DNA of 64,000 nt from Cyanophora paradoxa CCMP329 (Eukaryota > Plantae > Glaucophyta). Every line of letters begins with the position of its first letter. Position 1 is the first letter of the stretch. Shown here in pieces: positions 60,745 through 64,000 of the stretch. The translations under genes and the position numbers were made by a program. The DNA is taken from assembly GCA_004431415.1 (NCBI GenBank), contig QPMI01000535.1, positions 186,001-250,000 of the forward strand, read 5' to 3'. The notes below the pieces were generated by a model that was not told the DNA's origin, made no database searches, and saw only the letters and a list, made by a program, of their open reading frames with translations.

Positions 60745-61509
60745 CCACCCTCGGGCCCGCTGCCCCCCACGGTCCCCACCCCTCCGAGGCTCGTGAATCG
60801 CTCTGAATCTCGCTTATCTGTCACGCTGAGTCGCTGACTCGTCGGAATCGTGCTGCCTTAAGCTTCTTTTGTTAACCTTACAGACCGTTACATATAGTGA
60901 ACACTGTACGTATACTACTAATAATACTAGTAGATAATAGTACTAGTACTAGTACGCCCAAATGCATCTAGCCTATCGATATCGGCGGGCGCCGCGCGGC
61001 CCCGGGCCGCCGGGCCGCGGCCGCGGGGCGCCATATCGATATCATCCGCCCAAAAAGGCCCCAAATTTAATGCAAACATTATGCATATGCGCATCATATG
61101 GGATCGGATCCCCCGGGCCCGGATATCTATATCGATTGCAGCAAGTACCGAAGTTCCTGGGTACGCTGCGGGTTTCGTTCGCTACGGTGGGTGCCTAGCA
61201 CGGTAGTAGCACCTAGCTATAGCATCCACCTGCAGCCTGCGCGTGCAGGCAACGTAACAAGCGGGCAGCAGCAGAGTTTAAACTCACAGGCGCACTCTCC
61301 GAGGCAGCAGCTGATGGCACGACGGCGGCCGCTTCGTGAACTGCAACGCGCGCCGTGCTGCCAGCACGGATATGAGCAGGCGCGAGCGAAGCGCATCCGC
61401 TAGGGGCAGCAAAGAAGACTGGCTGGGGGCGGATCACCGTGGCAGCAGCGGGTCTTGGGCCGGATCGGAGCTCGGCATACGCGCATATCGCTTCGCTCGC
61501 CACTTCTAG

Positions 61510-64000
61510 ATGAGCTATGTGGAATTTGAGACCGAGGCAGCTCCCGCCCTGGCGGGATTCGCCCCAGGCGACCTCAGCAGCATGTCCGAAGCTGAGGCTG
61601 CTCCCGGGGGCGATCCCTCGCTGCATGCGCCGCCGGAGTTCCTTCTGCTCCGCCGGCAGGCGCCGCGGCTGTCCCAGACGTCCCAGACGTCGTTCCAGCC
61701 GTTCGCGCCGCTCCCCGAGTCGCTCTGGTCCTTCCAGCGCGAGCCCAGCGGGCGCCTCTGCGTGCACTACCCTTACGTCGTGAAGCTCAGGTGCGCGCCG
61801 CCCGGTGCATCGCGCGCGGGGCGGGCGGCACTGCTCACACGACCGCGCAGGAAGTACAAGTTGAAGGCGGCGGCGGCGGGGAGCCCGTGGATCGGGCGCC
61901 AGCTCATCATCGACATGACTTACTGGGGCACGTGACCGCCGCCGCGCGCCCGTGCGACCCTGCCGCCCCTCGCTCACTTCCGCTCCGTTCGCAGACACGG
62001 GCGAGGTCTTCACGGGGCACGCCTGCACGAACGTGAAGACGCCACGGGATGCCCAGCCTTTCGTGGACGGGGTGCAGTTCGAGACGGGGGTGGACGCGCT
62101 CGGGGAGACGGAGGCCTTCGCGATGGATCTGTGCCGCTGCCTCCGCCGGCGTGCATTTGAGCTCCGCATACGCGACAAGGCCACCGGCGCCCGCCCCGCA
62201 GTGCGCGCTTCCCTCCCTCCCGCCCCCCCCCCCCCCCCCCCCTCCAACCCGAGCCGCCATGTTGCTGAGTCGAGCCGGGGTACAGGGCCGCATCAAGATG
62301 AACCTCGTGCGGAGCGGGACAGGGCCGAAGGAGGACGGCCCCGGGGAGCCCCAGCCCCAGCCGCTGCCGCCCGGGCGCCCCGGGTACCCCCGCGCCTAGT
62401 CCAAGCACGCCGCCGGAGACGCCGCGCCCGACCCGCCGCCAGCCGTCAAGCGGCCCTGCGCGAGGGCCGGCGGCGGGCCGAGCGCCGCGCCCGCCGTCTG
62501 GATGGCCCCCGGCCCGCCGCTGCTCGGCTTCAGCCCGCCGCCACCGCCCGTGCTCTCACCCCCGATTCCAACCCCTCCGCCGGGCACGCCGGATTCGCCG
62601 GGGGGCCCGGCGCCGACCTTCCTCCCGACGGCCCAGATCAAGCGGGAGGAGAGCGTCCTGCAGGAGGCCGGCTACCTCGACTCGCTCTTCTCGGCCTTCC
62701 TCCGCTCGCCCCCCGCCGAGAACCGTTCCTCCGTCTCCGAGCTGCTCTCTTCCGCCGAGCAGAAGTTCTGGGAGCTCTTCGTCTCCTCCGAGACCAGCCG
62801 CCTCTCCTTCCGCCGCCGCTCCGTGTTCGACGAGCCCAGCCCGCCGCTGCCGCGGCTGCTACCGCCGGCCGCCGAGGCCGAGTCGCACCGCGGGCGCCAC
62901 GCGCGGCCCGTGCCCGACTCGGATGTGGACGCTCTCTTCGTTCAGCTCTCCAACCTCGCGATCGATCCCGACGCCCCCGTCCCCGTCCCCATCAGCCCGC
63001 CTTCTCCGCCCCAACCCGCCGAGTCGCCGCCGCAAACGCCGTCGCTGCCGCCGCCCGTGCCCTTCTCTCCGTCGCCCTACATCCTGGACCCACGCGAGGA
63101 GGACGAGTTTATGCGCCGCGTGAATGCCGCCGAGGCCGCCGGCGCAGCCTCCGCCCTCGCCGTCCTGTTGGGCGACCCCCGGTACCCCTCCGCGCGCCCC
63201 CTCCCCCTTCCAGCCCCTCCACTGACTTCGCCGGAAGCGTGCTGGGTACGGCCCTCTTTCGGACACCCGCCGGCCGAATACGTACCCGGCACCTCCTCGT
63301 GGTGCGCTCATGTACCCTCCACTTCACCACCCCACCCTCCCTCTCCTCAACCAACCGCTCTGGCACGGCAGCTTGTCCGCATCGCCGCCCGCTCCGCCGG
63401 CCCCGGGGGGGCCCGCTCCCTCTTCCCGCCCCCCCTGGTCCGACCCCCGCCCCCGCCCCCGCCCGCCCCCCGGAGCTCACCGCGCCTCTGTTTTCTCAGT
63501 TCGACTCCATACTCCGGTCCCTTTCATTCAATCTCCTCTCCAGCCCAACCTCGTACCCCACCCTGTGCGCCCCGCACACTACCCCCGCCGGGCTGCTGAC
63601 TTGACCCCCCCCCCTCCCCCCAGGGAGGAAGCGGAGCGCGCGTGCGAGAACGTGTGGAACTACGTCACGGTCGTCACGGCGGGTGCGGGCCCCGTACTCC
63701 CTCCCTTCCCCTCCCCCCCGCCCCCCTTTCTTCCGCACGCCCGCCCCCCCCCCCCCCCCTCCCGTCCCTTACGCCCCCGGGCAGAGTACGTGCTCATCTC
63801 ACCGGACTTTCTGCTCGCTCCCTTGGACGAGGCGCGCCGTACCCCCCTCACCCTCCCCCGGAACGTCACGTGTACCCCCGACAGGTGCTGGCGCTGCACG
63901 AGCAGGCGATGCAAATCGCGGAGGACACCATCGAGCGGTGAGGCGTACCCCTCCCGAGTCCGGCTCGGAAAGCCCGCCGCCCGGAGCCGAACCGGGGCGC
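61510..64000 (+). CDS. Tandem paralog (copy 2) of the 56219-60744 gene, runs off the window end
   Basis: Exons and introns are colinear with 56300-58750 (e.g. identical SQTSQTSFQPFAPLPESLWSFQREPSGRLCVHYPYVVKLR and EQKFWELFVSSETSRLSF). Confidence 0.7.

Noticed and set aside
1-64000. Introner-type mobile introns, tRNA/rRNA genes, transposases
   Set aside because: By eye, introns are similar only between paralogous genes and share just low-complexity (CCCCG)n tracts. I saw no cloverleaf, rRNA, DDE or RT motifs.

Overview
This is eukaryotic nuclear DNA: very GC-rich, gene-dense and packed with short (about 50-100 nt) spliceosomal introns, so most long entries in the six-frame ORF track are shadow ORFs. 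I built the gene models by hand-splicing. The intron style, a cyanobacterial-type gene with an 'AAF' presequence and the CatSper genes fit a flagellated alga such as a glaucophyte (Cyanophora-like), but this is inference. Contents in order: (1) 1-22.9 kb, four divergent, mutually mosaic copies of a CATSPER2-like cation channel alpha subunit (one on +, three in tandem on -), with two orphan low-complexity genes between copies 1 and 2. (2) 23.7-39.8 kb, three paralogous proteins with an aerolysin/ETX-MTX2-like beta-pore-forming core. They lack signal peptides and begin with N-myristoylation-like motifs, and one appears to carry a very long charge-segregated repetitive tail. This is the best candidate for an undescribed system. 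(3) 40-55 kb, a cyanobacterial-type vWA protein, an F-box protein, a divergent ENOD93/Rcf2-like plus POT-like MFS transporter pair, and a long-chain chromate transporter. (4) 56-64 kb, a tandem pair of unknown proteins with a Cys/His beta-rich N-domain and a TPR-like C-terminus. Splicing is unusual, with many GC-AG introns and a GTACCC donor class. I found no rRNA, tRNA, CRISPR array or transposase.
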